A stretch of 64,000 nucleotides of DNA, taken from contig OX597814.1 of the NCBI GenBank assembly GCA_951406725.2, positions 129,952,001 through 130,016,000 of the forward strand, written 5' to 3'. Under the pieces are notes generated by a model. It searched no databases. It saw nothing but the letters and a program-made list of their open reading frames with translations, and was not told the origin of the DNA. This stretch comes from Octopus vulgaris (taxonomy: Eukaryota). Positions within the stretch are counted from its first letter, which is position 1; each line of letters begins with the position of its first letter. Shown piece after piece: positions 1 through 12,472 of the stretch. The position numbers and the translations under genes were made by a program.

Positions 1-1112
1 GACTCTTAAACGTTATATATTTTTGATTCTGTATTATTCTATTGTTTGCCTTTCCTCCACATTTATCATTCTTTCTGAAAACGAGCTACAATACATAAAA
101 GAAGATAATTGAACATAAGTCTTGTAAGAGAATTTAGCTTCGTTTTATTAACTTCTTAACGAAGCTAACTAAATTGAATTAGTTTTTATCAAATTTATTG
201 ATACGGGTATTTACAAAATGCAGCTGAAATAATATAAATAATTTTGAATAGCCGGCTTTAATGATTTCATAATTCTTCAAAAACAGACTTTTCTGTTGTA
301 ATTTCGCTACCAATATAACTGAGAATAACTACAGCATTTATATTGCTTTCCCAACAGAATAATATAAATATAAAGTGATACGTAAGCTTAGTAATTATCC
401 TTCATATATTCTATTAAAAATGACACATCTATCCTCCTTTATCACAGGTGTTTGCTTCCCCTCCTTGCAAAAGAAACGAATGTTATATTCGTGGACACCA
501 AAAAGTTTGGGCGATAGCACCGTCGCTTCGACGTCACGTATTTCCCAATCATTTATACCTTCCCTTGTCGAGAACACACTTGTCTACGTCTTTTCTTAGG
601 ATCAGATGCTATCGTATTTTTTTCTGTTCACTGGTCCCGTGTTGATGTATACAACTTCATAAAGCCGTATAAAAAAAAGCATGCGGCTTCGCATTTTGGG
701 CAGTTGAGCAATGAGAGTAGTAGCTGGGATGGGCTTATGCAGTTCAAGCAGAATCTTCAATTGATCTCTGGCACGTGTTATCACAGATCAATCCATATTA
801 GACGTGTTATGTCTCACAATGGGGCGTAACGTGTTATTTATACATGATCAGTGCTGAATGAATTAGTTATAAATGAGACTACATGTATTATGAATATAGG
901 TTACATATACTGAGCTAAACTTTTAATCAAATACAAAATTCCATCGCACCCTATTGATTGATTCGTTGAACCAGTTACTTCTTTCTTTTAGATTAAATAA
1001 TTACAGATTCCAAAACTGAAATAGTTTCTTATAACGTAAAAATATTAACTTATTCCTTACTCTTGCAGAAGTTTCTTGCGAGCAATAATTTTTATATTTA
1101 ATTTTTTCAACA

Positions 1113-1366
<254 letters not shown>

Positions 1367-1367
<1 letters not shown>

Positions 1368-1752
1368 CACAAAATGAGACAAGAACGCAAAACATCCGGA
1401 CAGCCAGGTGATACAAAAAGGGACAACAAAACATCCAGATAGACGCTACAAAGAAAACAAGGCGGGTCATTCGAAGCCCTCTTTCCTTAGTCAAGCACCA
1501 GATAATCCTCGCAATTTTGGCTGATTATTCTTGAGATTGCTCCGATCTAGCCAGCCCCAAGGAAAAACTAAGCTAAGAGCATTAGATTCCAGGAAGAAAG
1601 CAGCGAATGTATACAAAAACAAGGACGGAAAAAACGGACAAGTTACACAAATATAAATACAATAATAAATACAGTAAAAGTGATAACAGGACATAACAAC
1701 AAGTGTCTTTCGACTAAAGACGAATCGAATTAAGCTGGCGCGCTTGGGAATG
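1367..1752 (-). mobile_element. Non-coding insertion in (TA)n, probable Penelope-like pLTR/3' fragment
   Basis: Complex sequence bounded on both sides by (TA)n; contains HHR-like strands; organisation resembles elements at 51.0 and 57.0 kb. Confidence 0.55.
1475..1540 (-). ncRNA. Permuted hammerhead-like motif, degenerate core
   Basis: Minus strand GCAAT-C-TCAAG...AGCC-AAA-ATTGC...CTTGA-CTAAGGA; stem III ATTGC/GCAAT and stem I CTTGA/TCAAG are perfect; G5 and G12 read as A. Confidence 0.4.
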
Positions 1753-1761
1753 TATATATAT

Positions 1762-2052
1762 AGGAACAGGAGTGTGTGGTAAGTAGCTTGCTTACTAACC
1801 ACATGGTTCCGGGTTCAGTCCCACTGCGTGGCACTTTGGTCACGTGTCTTCTACTATAGACTCGGGCCGACCAAAGCCTTGTGAGTGGATTTGGTAAACA
1901 GAAACTGAAAAGAAGTCCAACGTATATGTGTGTATGTATATATATATATGTGTTTGTCCCCCAACATCGCTTGACAACCGATGCTGGTGTGTTTACGTCC
2001 CCGTCACATAGCGGATCGGCAAAAGAGACCGATAGAATAAGTACTAGGCTTT
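1762..2052 (+). mobile_element. tRNA-derived SINE, family A (3' truncated)
   Basis: A/B-box-like head (GTGTGGTAAG...GGGTTCAGTCCC), internal TA/TG tract, body matches copies at 4196, 25072, 31851. Confidence 0.9.
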
Positions 2053-2704
2053 TTGAGAAAAAACAGGCATCGATTAAACGAGATTGAAAAATACAGTTTA
2101 TGTACAGTTGAAGAAACGTCCGTAATTCTACAAACTGCTTAAACGTACGGTCTGATATTTCGTCGCTTCGATAAGTATTTACTAAAACACGGGCATATAT
2201 TGATACTGCCGGAGTGAGGAATTTCAACTTAAGTTTCACCCAGTTTTTTATCACACCAATTGCATTTAAGGTTACATTGCGGTTTTACCTACGCCTATCA
2301 TTGAAATCTTCCATATATAATATATTTATTAGCAGGCATATATGCACATTCAAAGCACCTGCTTATAAATACATACATACATACATACATACATACATAC
2401 ATACATACATACATTCACACATACACGCAAACATACAAACACACACACATAAACAGCAGTTTGCAATGTCATATTTAGTCACACACACACACATACATAT
2501 ATATACTAAAATTTTGAGGATGTAATTATGTAATTTCCTCGTAAGATGACAGTTGGTTTTTTATCAAATATATTGAAAGAAAGTTCCTCAATATATATGT
2601 ATAAACAGTCTAATAAATTATAAAGTTAATAAAAGAAAATGGAGAAGAAAATATATAATGGATATTTGGCTTATTTTATTTGTATCACAAAGAAAAAGTA
2701 ATGC

Positions 2705-2898
2705 AATTGTCAAGCGATGTTGGGAGGACAAACACCGACACACACACACAAATATATATATACATATATATATATGACGGGCTTCTTTCAGTTTCCGTCT
2801 ACCAAATCCACCCACCAGGCTTTGGTCGACCCGAGGCTATAGTAGAAGATACTTTCCCAAGGTGCCACGCAGTGGGACTGAACCCGGAACCATGTGGT
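2705..2898 (-). mobile_element. SINE family A, partial
   Basis: Reverse complement of family A head and body. Confidence 0.85.
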
Positions 2899-3599
2899 CT
2901 CTCCAAGTTTCTGTAATTAGCATCTTAGTATGGATGCTTTTGCTTATATATACTCTATATACCAGAGCCATTTTATTTAGAACTGAACTACAAAGATTAT
3001 ATTCCCTTGTTTCCTTTTTTTATTTTAGATTTCTTCTTATTGTTGTCATTTCTAGTAATTTTTTGGTATCTCACGATTCTCTTCTATTAACTACCTGTTC
3101 TCCGTTCACATTCCCTTTCTGCATTTCTTTTCTTCCCTGATTTAACCTTTTTCACTTCGTATATATTTCTTTAGTCATATTTTCGACGAACTCTATGAGA
3201 AAAAAAAATCTCATATCTCGTTGGTCCATATATTCTGTAGATATCTCTGGATATTCTAACATTGTCAGCCAACTCATTGCTCGAAGACAGACTAATTGAT
3301 TAATACAACTTCAAGCTCTGAATATTAATACAACTTCTGTTTACAAAAAAAAAAAAGAGCCCCTCCAAAACACACACACAGAGTCACACACACACACACT
3401 CACATACACACACACGACACATATGGAGAAATACATACACAGTATACACGTATGAATATGTATCTGTATCTTTCCATGTGTCTATTAATTTCTTAGGATG
3501 CATATGTATGTTTGTATGTATGTATGTATGTATGTGTGCATGTGTTTATTTCTCTGTATGTATATATATATATATATGTATATGTATGTATACATATAC

Positions 3600-3654
<55 letters not shown>

Positions 3655-3952
3655 TACATACACACATACATGCAGACACGTTGTATCGTTAGTAGGTCAG
3701 ATAAATATATGGCAATGGTCACGACCGGATAGGTATAACACAAAGTCGTGATTTTAACGAACATTTACAAAGAAAATACATATATATTTAATAGTCTTTT
3801 TACGATCACGGATATTGAAACTGTAGAATATTTTCTTTGTTTCCATTTAAAGTTGTGCTTTTGAAGCATCATTTGAGGCTATGATTAGAAAGTATACATT
3901 AATACACTCACACACACATATATAGATATATTGTTTTTGTTGTTGTTGTGAA

Positions 3953-4160
3953 GGCGACGAGCCGGCAGAATCGTTAGCATGTCGGACAAAATGGCTAGCG
4001 GTATATCGTCCGTCTTTATGTAATGGGTTCAAATTCTGCTGATGTCGCGTTTGCCTTTCAAACTTTCAGATTCGATATATTAAATACTAGTAAAATACTG
4101 GGTTAGATTTATCACGTCACCCAACACTTCAGACCTTGTGCCTATTGTAGAAAGGATTAT
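3953..4160 (+). mobile_element. SINE family B
   Basis: GGCGACGAGCCGGCAGAATCGTTAGC head, GGTTCAAATTC B box, ends AGAAAGG-(ATT)n; matches copies at 16.8, 32.7, 41.5, 43.4 kb. Confidence 0.85.
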
Positions 4161-4195
4161 TATTATTATTTTCATTTAAAAATAATATATATATA

Positions 4196-4604
4196 GGCGC
4201 AGGAGTGGCTGTGTGGTAAGTAGCTTGCTAACCAACCACATGGTTCCGGGTTCAGTCCCACTGCGTGGCATCTTGGGCAAGTGTCTTCTGCTATAGCCCC
4301 GGGCCGACCAATGCCTTGTGAGTGGATTTGGTAGACGGAAACTGAAAGAAGCCTGTCGTATATATGTATATATATATAAGTGTGTGTGTATATGTTTGTG
4401 TGTGTGTGTTTGTCCCCCTAGCATTGCTTGACAACCGATGCTGGTGTGTTTACGTCCACGTCACTTAGCGGTTCGGCAAAAGAGACCGATAGAATAAGTA
4501 CTGGGCTTACAAAGAACAAGTCCCGGGGTCGATTTTCTCGACTAAAGGCGGTGTTCCAGCATGGCCGCAGTCAAATGACTGAAACAAGTAAAAGAGTAAA
4601 AGAG
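4196..4604 (+). mobile_element. SINE family A, full length
   Basis: GGCGCAGGAGTGGCTGTGTGG start to GACTGAAACAAGTAAAAGAG end, flanked by (TA)n. Confidence 0.93.
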
Positions 4605-4801
4605 TATATATATATATATATATGTTTTAATTCAAGAAAGTTAGAGGTTGTGAATCCAACCAACTGAGGGATAATAACTATCCAATATAGCGCTGGTAGA
4701 ATACCCAATCATTAATATACAAGTGTTTTTATTGCATTGCAATTACATTACTGAGTGTACTAAATGGGTGAGGGTAAAGAGTTATTTTACCATCAAATTG
4801 T

Positions 4802-5063
4802 AGAGCAATAAGAAAATTGAGGAGATCAATAGGTGGTTCATCAACTTTTAGACATTATATTATGGCAATTTATTTATTTATTTACTAAAATGACAATTAT
4901 AACAATATACATACATGTATAACATATTATATAAAGCATATGTTATATAAGTATGTATATTCTTGTAATTGTCAGTTTAGTAAATAATTAAATAAGTTGA
5001 CATAATATAATGTCTAAAAGTTGATGAACCACCTATTGATCCCTCCATTTTCTTATTGCTCTC
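4802..5063. repeat. Imperfect fold-back palindrome, ~130-bp arms
   Basis: GATCAATAGGTGGTTCATCAACTTTTAGACATTATATTATG recurs as its reverse complement at ~5001-5041. Confidence 0.9.
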
Positions 5064-5072
5064 TCTCTCTCC

Positions 5073-5152
<80 letters not shown>

Positions 5153-5185
5153 GTATCTATGCTTAAATTTATATACTCGGTATCG

Positions 5186-5665
5186 AAAAGGTCAAAATCC
5201 CTAGTGCGTACTATATACGAGGTTACAAATGAAAAATATTTTCTAAGCAATGTCTGAGTCACAATTTTCTGTCCGGCAATGTTTATTCAGACGCATTTTG
5301 TGATGTCGGGCGCGAAAATAACTTAAGCTAAGCATGAAAGCAATGAAATCATAAAAGAATCATCCATAACTTGCAGTAAGCAACATTTATTAAAGTAAAA
5401 GTATTCAGAACACAGAATAACATATAACAAAAACAATTTACAAACATATTTACATTCCCATATAATAGTTAAGAACATCACCATTATTGTATTGCGCATG
5501 CACGGAAGTGTTTGTTCGACTAGGTGCTGCTGGCTTAATTACGCACGACTCGAGTTAGAGAAGGGGTGCGTTTTATACACAAGGCTTAGGTTTTTCAGAG
5601 GTACAGCCCCCTAAAAATCCCCTGCGTATTATACTCAAAGGCGGACTATACTCGAGGATTTGCGG
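5186..5665. mobile_element. pogo/Tc2-type MITE, left end lost
   Basis: Homologous to the complete copy at 27425-27837; right TIR TATACTCGAGGATTTGCGG followed by TA. Confidence 0.8.
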
Positions 5666-5689
5666 TATATACATACATACGTACGTAAT

Positions 5690-6806
5690 TATTCAATTTT
5701 ATTTTAAGATTTCTTGCTAAGAGAGAAAGAGCCGGTTTCTAACCTGGATCTCAGGTTCCTTCATTGAAATTTCAACAATATCAACAGGGTATTTTTGTAT
5801 GTATGTATATGTGCAGATTTGTATGTTTTGTTTTCTGCATGCATTCTCATGCATATAGTTGCATGTCTAGACATGCTCATATATACTTAATGGAGAAACT
5901 GTTGGAAAGTTTTACAAATTTTCACAATTCCACTGATGACTTGGATCTGTAGTCTTTAAATCAGCTTTCTCCTTTCTGGTTCTGAGGAGTCTAATTTCTC
6001 AAGTTTGGCATTTAGGCAGGGCCCAAATAATTACAGGTATGAATTTGAACTTGTAATCTGAGCAGGGTAACCGTAGATTTCTCAGTAATTCAGCTAAGGT
6101 ATTTTCTTTTACTCTGATGTACATATCTGCTGGGCAACTGATTTCTTCAGCAGTACAGAATTTCTCTTCTCTATCCCAAATAACCATGTCAGGTCTAATA
6201 TATTTACATTTTATTGAAGTTATCACTTGGACATTCCACCAGCATTCCTTTTTATTATGAGTGACTATGGCTTCTACCATACTGTGAGTTCTTATTTCTT
6301 TGTCCTTGGTATTATCCTTCCGATGGATTTCATTATACAATGTCCAAGCAACAATATCATGTTTCATCGGTAGATAATACCCTGATGACATTTTCGGACA
6401 ACTGCTTATGCTGCGGTTGATATCTTCAGTTTGAACACCACAAAGTTTGCATCGGTTATCACATTTTGCTGTTTTTCTTGCATCTCTCTCCCTTCTTTTG
6501 CATCTGGTACTTGGTTGATATTTCCTGTCCCTAGATTGCAAACGCATACCCTTCAAAATGGGAGGTAGTAATCCGGTTGTTGGTCCATGATAGATTGCTT
6601 TGATAATCAATGTTACTATGATTCCGGTGCTTTTTATTAAGATATCTATGCCTAGTCTTCTGCTGTTATGCGCTCATGTTTACACCTGATGAGATGTTGC
6701 GGTAGAATGGTACGACTTCTTTGGGCATGTACTTAGGATTTTCAGACAAGGAATGCTGCTCAATGAACTGCTTTTCAATTGTTATGTTGTTACCAACCTC
6801 ATGTAG
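5690..6806 (-). mobile_element. R4/Dong-type (RLE) non-LTR retrotransposon, 3' part
   Basis: ORF 5999-6610 has a CCHC-like knuckle (CKLC...SSC), KHD and RPDMVIWD...EISCP endonuclease motifs; frameshifted. Confidence 0.85.
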
Positions 6807-6833
6807 GCAAATTATATGTATGTATATATGTAT

Positions 6834-6966
6834 GCTGGCCAGTTCGCTTAGCCAGCGGGGTGGCGTCATTTGAAGGCTAAAACAATGCGAAGCTCATTGT
6901 GACCAGCGATGTGTAGCAACATCTGATAGCCTGGTCGGTGACGGTGATCACGGTAATCACGGTGAT
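6834..6966 (+). mobile_element. Probable SINE/LINE 3' tail ending in (CACGGTGAT)n
   Basis: GC-richer segment ending in 9-bp repeats, embedded in TATG tract. Confidence 0.45.
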
Positions 6967-7049
6967 GTATGTATGTATGTATGTATGTATGTATGTATGT
7001 ATGTATGTATGTATGTATGTATGTATGTATGTGTGTGCATGCGTGTGTT

Positions 7050-10000
7050 TTATTTCAAGATTTTTTGCCAATAGAGAAAGTTCATGTAAGTTCATTGCAA
7101 TTGCACGCGAATAACGTTGGTTTTGGTTTTGATCGTAACGTCTGACAATGCTTATAAACATTATATACACTTATAAACATTTTCGTATTTTTTCCTTGCT
7201 GCGGTTTCTCTCCTTGCTGCATCGTTTACTTTCTTGTTAGAAAGAGATTCTTCATTTCTCAAGACACTGAGAAATGACCTTTCTCAAATTTAAACGACCT
7301 TTCTGATATTAAATCTTCATTTCAGCAATTACCGAAAAGGTCTGTTGTAAATGCTATTCCTTTGCCTACCTTATTTAATTAACGACAAAATTTCAAATTT
7401 CTAAGCTTTACAGCAAAATGTCCTTGCACTGTAATATCCGTACGGCGATGTTGTCTTACGGCGAATAGTCCTACGGATAATTATCCTACGGCGAATTTGC
7501 TTGCAGCAGGTTGTCCGATCACCAATTTCAACATCAACAACAGGGTATTTTTGCTTGCATGTATTTATGTATGTATGTATGCGTGCATGTATGTATGTAT
7601 GTATGTATGTATGTATGTATGTATGTATGTATGTATGTATGTATGTATGTATGTATGTATGTATATGTGCAGATTTGTATGTTTTGCTTTATATATGAAT
7701 TCTCAAGCACATACTTACATATCTAGACATGCTCATATATATTTACATGATAAACTTATGGGAACTTTTAGAGATTTTTACAGTTCCAGTGAGGGATTGG
7801 AGCTGTAGTCTTCGAATTAGCTTTCTCCTCTCTGGGTTTGAGAAGCCTAATTTCTCAAGATTGGTATTTAGGCAGTGTCCCAGCGCCCCAATAATTACAG
7901 GTATAAACCTGAACTTGTAATCTGGATATTGTAACTACAGACTTCTCAATAGTTCAGCATAGGTCTTCTCTTTTTTACTGATCTTCAGTTATTATGTTAA
8001 CATCCGCTGGGCAGTTAATTTCCACAACTGTACACAGTTTCACTTCTCATACCAAATCATTATATTAGGTCTGTTGTACTTATATTTTATTGAGGTCTTC
8101 ACTGGGACATTCCTCCAGTATTCCTTTTTATTATGAATAGCTATGGCTTCTACCATATTGTTGGGTCTTATCTCTTTGTCCTCGGTATTATCCTTCCGAC
8201 GGATTTCATTACAGTGTATCCTAGCTACAATATCATGTCTCATCGATAGATAATACCGCGATGACATTTTCGAACAACTGCTTATGATGTGGCTGATATC
8301 TTCAGTGTGAACTCCACAAAGTTTGCATCATTTGTTACATTTTACTGCTTTTCCTGCATCTCTGTCCCTTTTGTACATCAGGTACTTGGTTGATATTTCC
8401 TGTTCCTGGGTTGCAAACGCATACCTTTTAAAGTGGGAGGTAATAATCCGGCTATTGGTCCATGATAAACTGTTTTGATGATCGATGTTACCATCATCAC
8501 GGACCTTTCTACTAACATATCCATGCATAGTCTTCTGCTGTTATACGCTCATACTTTCATCTGATGGTATGTTACGGTAGGATCATGCGACTTCTTTCGG
8601 CATGTGTTCCAGGATATCAGACAAAGAATAGTGCTCAAGGAGCTGCCTTCCAAGTCTTATGGTGTTATCAGCCTCTTGTATGCAAACTTGGTCAAGGGAT
8701 GCACTTGGTGGTTAGAAGATGTTGCCGAAGGTATATGATACGACATTCAAAGTACTGACACTGCAAACACATTGTGGGCTACTGTTTTATTGAAAGCAGA
8801 GTGTTCTGGGGTCCAAATTTTCTTTATTCGGCTGTAACATTCTTCAATGATACGTGTTTTGCTACAGCTGCCATTGTAAAATACGTTTTTATCCACCCTA
8901 GATACGTGTAACATTCTTCGGCAAACAACGAAATCATTGATGGAAATGTTACTATTCTAGTTTATAGTTTTTCCCCCTTTTCACAATCATATAACAACAC
9001 TTATCCTGACCAAACTCCAACCCTACATCTTTTGAGAATATTGTAACTAGGTCAACGCTCTTTTTCATCTCATGCATATTCTTTGCATAATGTTTTAAAT
9101 CATTCACAAAGAAACAGTGTAACTTTGTTATTTCTGCTTCCTTGTGAACAGGTGAGATATCCTTCAGACTTCCTTAACATGAATTACAAGGGGTTTACAG
9201 ACAGTACAAAAAACATTACAGAGATACTATCCTCTTGGAATATGTCTTTGCGATATTGTATTCTATCAGTGATAATACAGTCACCCTTTGTGTTGAATTT
9301 CAAGATGGTGGTCTACGATGAAATCAGGGCAGCTATGGCTTTAATTATGCTTACTGGAACTTTAGAAAGTTGAATGGTTTCTAGCATCTATGAGTGGGGA
9401 ATAGAGTCGAAGGCTTTCTTGAGTCTAGCCACATTGGAACTAGGTTCCTCCTATGCTCTCACACCTCTGACATCTCAGTTTTGTTGATTAACAATTGCAC
9501 GGCACATTTACAGACTCCCTTCTTCCCAACTGCTTCTTCTGCTGTGATAATATTATTGGTTTCACAATGGTTCTTGAGGAAGAGATTTAAACATGCTGTA
9601 ATGTATCTTATACATTAACTTCTGACATGCAATTAACCGGTAGCTTTTGCAATGCGGGTGGTTCTGCATTTGGAGATCAATTTTGTCTCTGCCAAAGCTA
9701 ACCAGTGTCGTATGCTACTGTTTCCAATGAGAACTTGATGGTACAGATTGATGAGATATGGTCGGTAGAATTTTAGCTTCTTGTACCAATATCCAACCAT
9801 CTAGTCTCTTCCAGGTACTCTTCTACCCTGGAGCTTCTGGATCACAGCTGAAACAGTTTCACCATCAATGTTGTATGTCTTGGATGTAACGCAGGAGCAA
9901 TATCTTCTTCGGATTTCTTCTATCCACAGAGCATCCTGGTTAAACACCTCTTCACTCCAGATTTTCCTCAAGAAAGAGTCTATGTCTTCTCGTGAAGGAG

Positions 10001-10055
10001 CTTCTGTGATATTCACTGCCTCTCCTGTCATGTCTCTGCATACTGCTCCCTGCAA
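7050..10055 (-). mobile_element. R4/Dong-type LINE, ~3 kb, 5' truncated, degraded RT plus RLE
   Basis: PGRD...GYWYKKL RT N-terminal region near 9.8 kb, RHD and RPNIMIW motifs at 8040-8267, 3' UTR homologous to 5700-5950. Confidence 0.85.
7081..7523. mobile_element. Insertion in the LINE 3' UTR; DNA transposon end with 15-bp subterminal repeats
   Basis: Interrupts homology with the 5.7-kb copy; 5-7 units like TACGGCGAATAGTCC ending GATCACC. Confidence 0.55.
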
Positions 10056-10136
10056 ATACACGCACGCATTCACACAAACACATACTCACACATATAAACT
10101 CATTCATACTTACACACACAGACATATGTATGCATT

Positions 10137-10230
<94 letters not shown>

Positions 10231-10234
<4 letters not shown>

Positions 10235-10335
10235 TTTGAAGGAATAAAATCCAAACTTACAACGAAAAAAATTTCACCTTTTATTCAATTACTAATTTGA
10301 ATTTTTTCCTTGTAAATTTGGATTTTATTCCCTCA

Positions 10336-10340
<5 letters not shown>
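10231..10340. repeat. Hairpin with ~42-bp arms between (TA)n and (AAT)n
   Basis: TTGAAGGAATAAAATCCAAACTTACAA versus TTGTAAATTTGGATTTTATTCCCTCAA. Confidence 0.85.
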
Positions 10341-10400
<60 letters not shown>

Positions 10401-10401
<1 letters not shown>

Positions 10402-10671
10402 CTAAAATCTAAAAACAGAAACAATTCCTATCATAGTAGGTGCATTAGGCATGATAAAAAAATATTCAGACAAATACATAACAAAAACACCAGGACTTAC
10501 AAACCCATATAACATACAGAAAATTGCACTACTAGTCACTGCACACATCCTACGCAGAACACTTTCCATACAATAACCATCAGAGCATCACAACAAATCA
10601 CAGCACATACCCAAGGCACACAGAGCTGCGCTCGGTAGTGAAGTGAAAGCACGCTATAAAAAATAAAACTA

Positions 10672-10675
<4 letters not shown>
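10401..10675 (+). mobile_element. Dong/R4 LINE 3' end inserted in (AAT)n
   Basis: Translates LKTETIPIIVGALGMIKK...QKIALL.TAHILRRTL, then 3' UTR; (AAT)n on both sides. Confidence 0.88.
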
Positions 10676-10718
<43 letters not shown>

Positions 10719-10819
10719 TAATAATAATAATAATAATAATAAATGATAAATTCTGCCCTAGGTGTATGGAAAACACTCGGCGAGAAACGGAAGAAAATTT
10801 GAAGAAAGAAGGAAAAAAC

Positions 10820-10897
<78 letters not shown>

Positions 10898-10904
10898 GTA
10901 GTAT

Positions 10905-11285
10905 ATATATGAGGAAAATAAGACAAGGTAGAAAATGCTAAAATAATTTTATCATGAAGTACATTTTATTACCGGTTTCCGTCTTTTGGACTTTTTCGAC
11001 TAGGAGTAAAATATAAAAAAACCCAATTAAATTGGAGAAAAATATTAAGAGAAATGTTTTGTAAATATTTCCATAGTTAGGGAGAGAGAGAGAGAGAAAT
11101 AGACTACTTAAAGACTAATGGAAATATTTACAAAACATTTCACTTAAGTAGTTTCTCCAATTTAATTGTTTTTCTTATTCTACATTTGGTCGAAAATGTT
11201 TAAAAGACGGAAACCGGTACTAAATTGAATTAGATGATAAAATTATTTTAGCATTTTCTCCCTTGTCTTATTTTCTTTGTACATA
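10905..11285. mobile_element. Fold-back element (~165-bp arms) with an HHR in each arm; PLE pLTR-like
   Basis: GAAAATAAGACAAGG..GAAAATGCTAAAATAATTTTATCAT inverted at ~11234-11276; GAAACCGGTA in both arms. Confidence 0.75.
11184..11225 (+). ncRNA. Minimal type I hammerhead, U3-A8 core variant
   Basis: ATTTGG-TCGAAAA-TGTT taaaa GACG-GAA-ACCGGT-A-CTAAAT; stems I and II pair, palindromic stem III. Confidence 0.55.
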
Positions 11286-11310
11286 TCAACTCGTGTGTTA
11301 CTTTCCTACC

Positions 11311-11376
<66 letters not shown>

Positions 11377-11556
11377 GTACACATATATGTATACATATAT
11401 ACATGCATAAAAAAATATAAGTTACAGGTTATGCAACCGTCTAAGTGATAAATATATCCGTAAGTACTATTGGTGTATTACCTCACTATGAATAGGCCTT
11501 GCTGTAAGGTTAATTGTAGTTGGTAATTTAAATGGTAAACTGTGGATTAATATATT

Positions 11557-11768
11557 CAGATAAAAAAATAAATGGAGCAACAATTAACAATTATAATTTG
11601 ATCGTTGGTATTAAAAGGTCATAGTTTAATTGTGGTTCAAGAACATTTACAGCTGTTTCAAAATAGCAAACTGAAACAGCTGTAAATGTAATTGAATTAC
11701 TATTAAGCTATGACCTTTTAATACCAATGATCAAATTATAATCGTTGCTCCATTTGTTTTCTTATCTA
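11557..11768. repeat. Fold-back palindrome centred ~11665 carrying HHR 3' halves
   Basis: ACATTTACAGCTGTTTCA / TGAAACAGCTGTAAATGT at the centre; arms extend ~100 bp. Confidence 0.85.
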
Positions 11769-11857
11769 TATATATACAAATGCATACCATATATACATAC
11801 ATATATATATGTGTACATATATATATATATGTATACGCATATATATATATATGTGCA

Positions 11858-11904
<47 letters not shown>

Positions 11905-11954
11905 ATACACATGTATAATACATACACACATGCATATGTATGTACGTATGCATG

Positions 11955-11988
<34 letters not shown>

Positions 11989-12472
11989 TGTATGTATGTA
12001 TGTATGTATGTATGTATGTATGTATGTATAGATCAACAGCGTACACTATCCATTGGGAGATAAATATTTAAAACATGAGTATTTAATGAACACATGATGC
12101 TTGTAATTGGGAAAATCGACTGGAGTCGATTGGTGGAGTTCTTAGATTATGAAAGAATTTGAGTTCGCTGAAGGAAGTCATATTCTCTTTAAATGTAAGA
12201 AATATACCAAACTCGTAATCAGAAATTTTGACAAGATGCATGCATCTTGACAAGTTTCTACTATTGTAGTGGAGAACACTACCTTTCTCCGGATTAAGCA
12301 AACTTTAATCTTTCCCGAATGATTAGCCTACAACAACCATTGTTAATTTAATTTCCTAAGAACCAAAGGGTCACAAATCATATCTCCCTTCGCTCGAAGC
12401 TTTCCGTTTCTCGTTTTTCTCTTCTTTCATTTCTCATTCTTTCTCATTTTTTGTTTTCTGTGAGGGTAGCCA

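Noticed and set aside
602-784. ITRARDQL resembling SF1 helicase motif VI
   Set aside because: In-frame stop just upstream, no other helicase motifs, no clear splice acceptor; likely chance
7405-7523. CRISPR-like array (also the 24-bp repeats at 45902)
   Set aside because: Units are contiguous with no unique spacers; eukaryotic context, no cas genes
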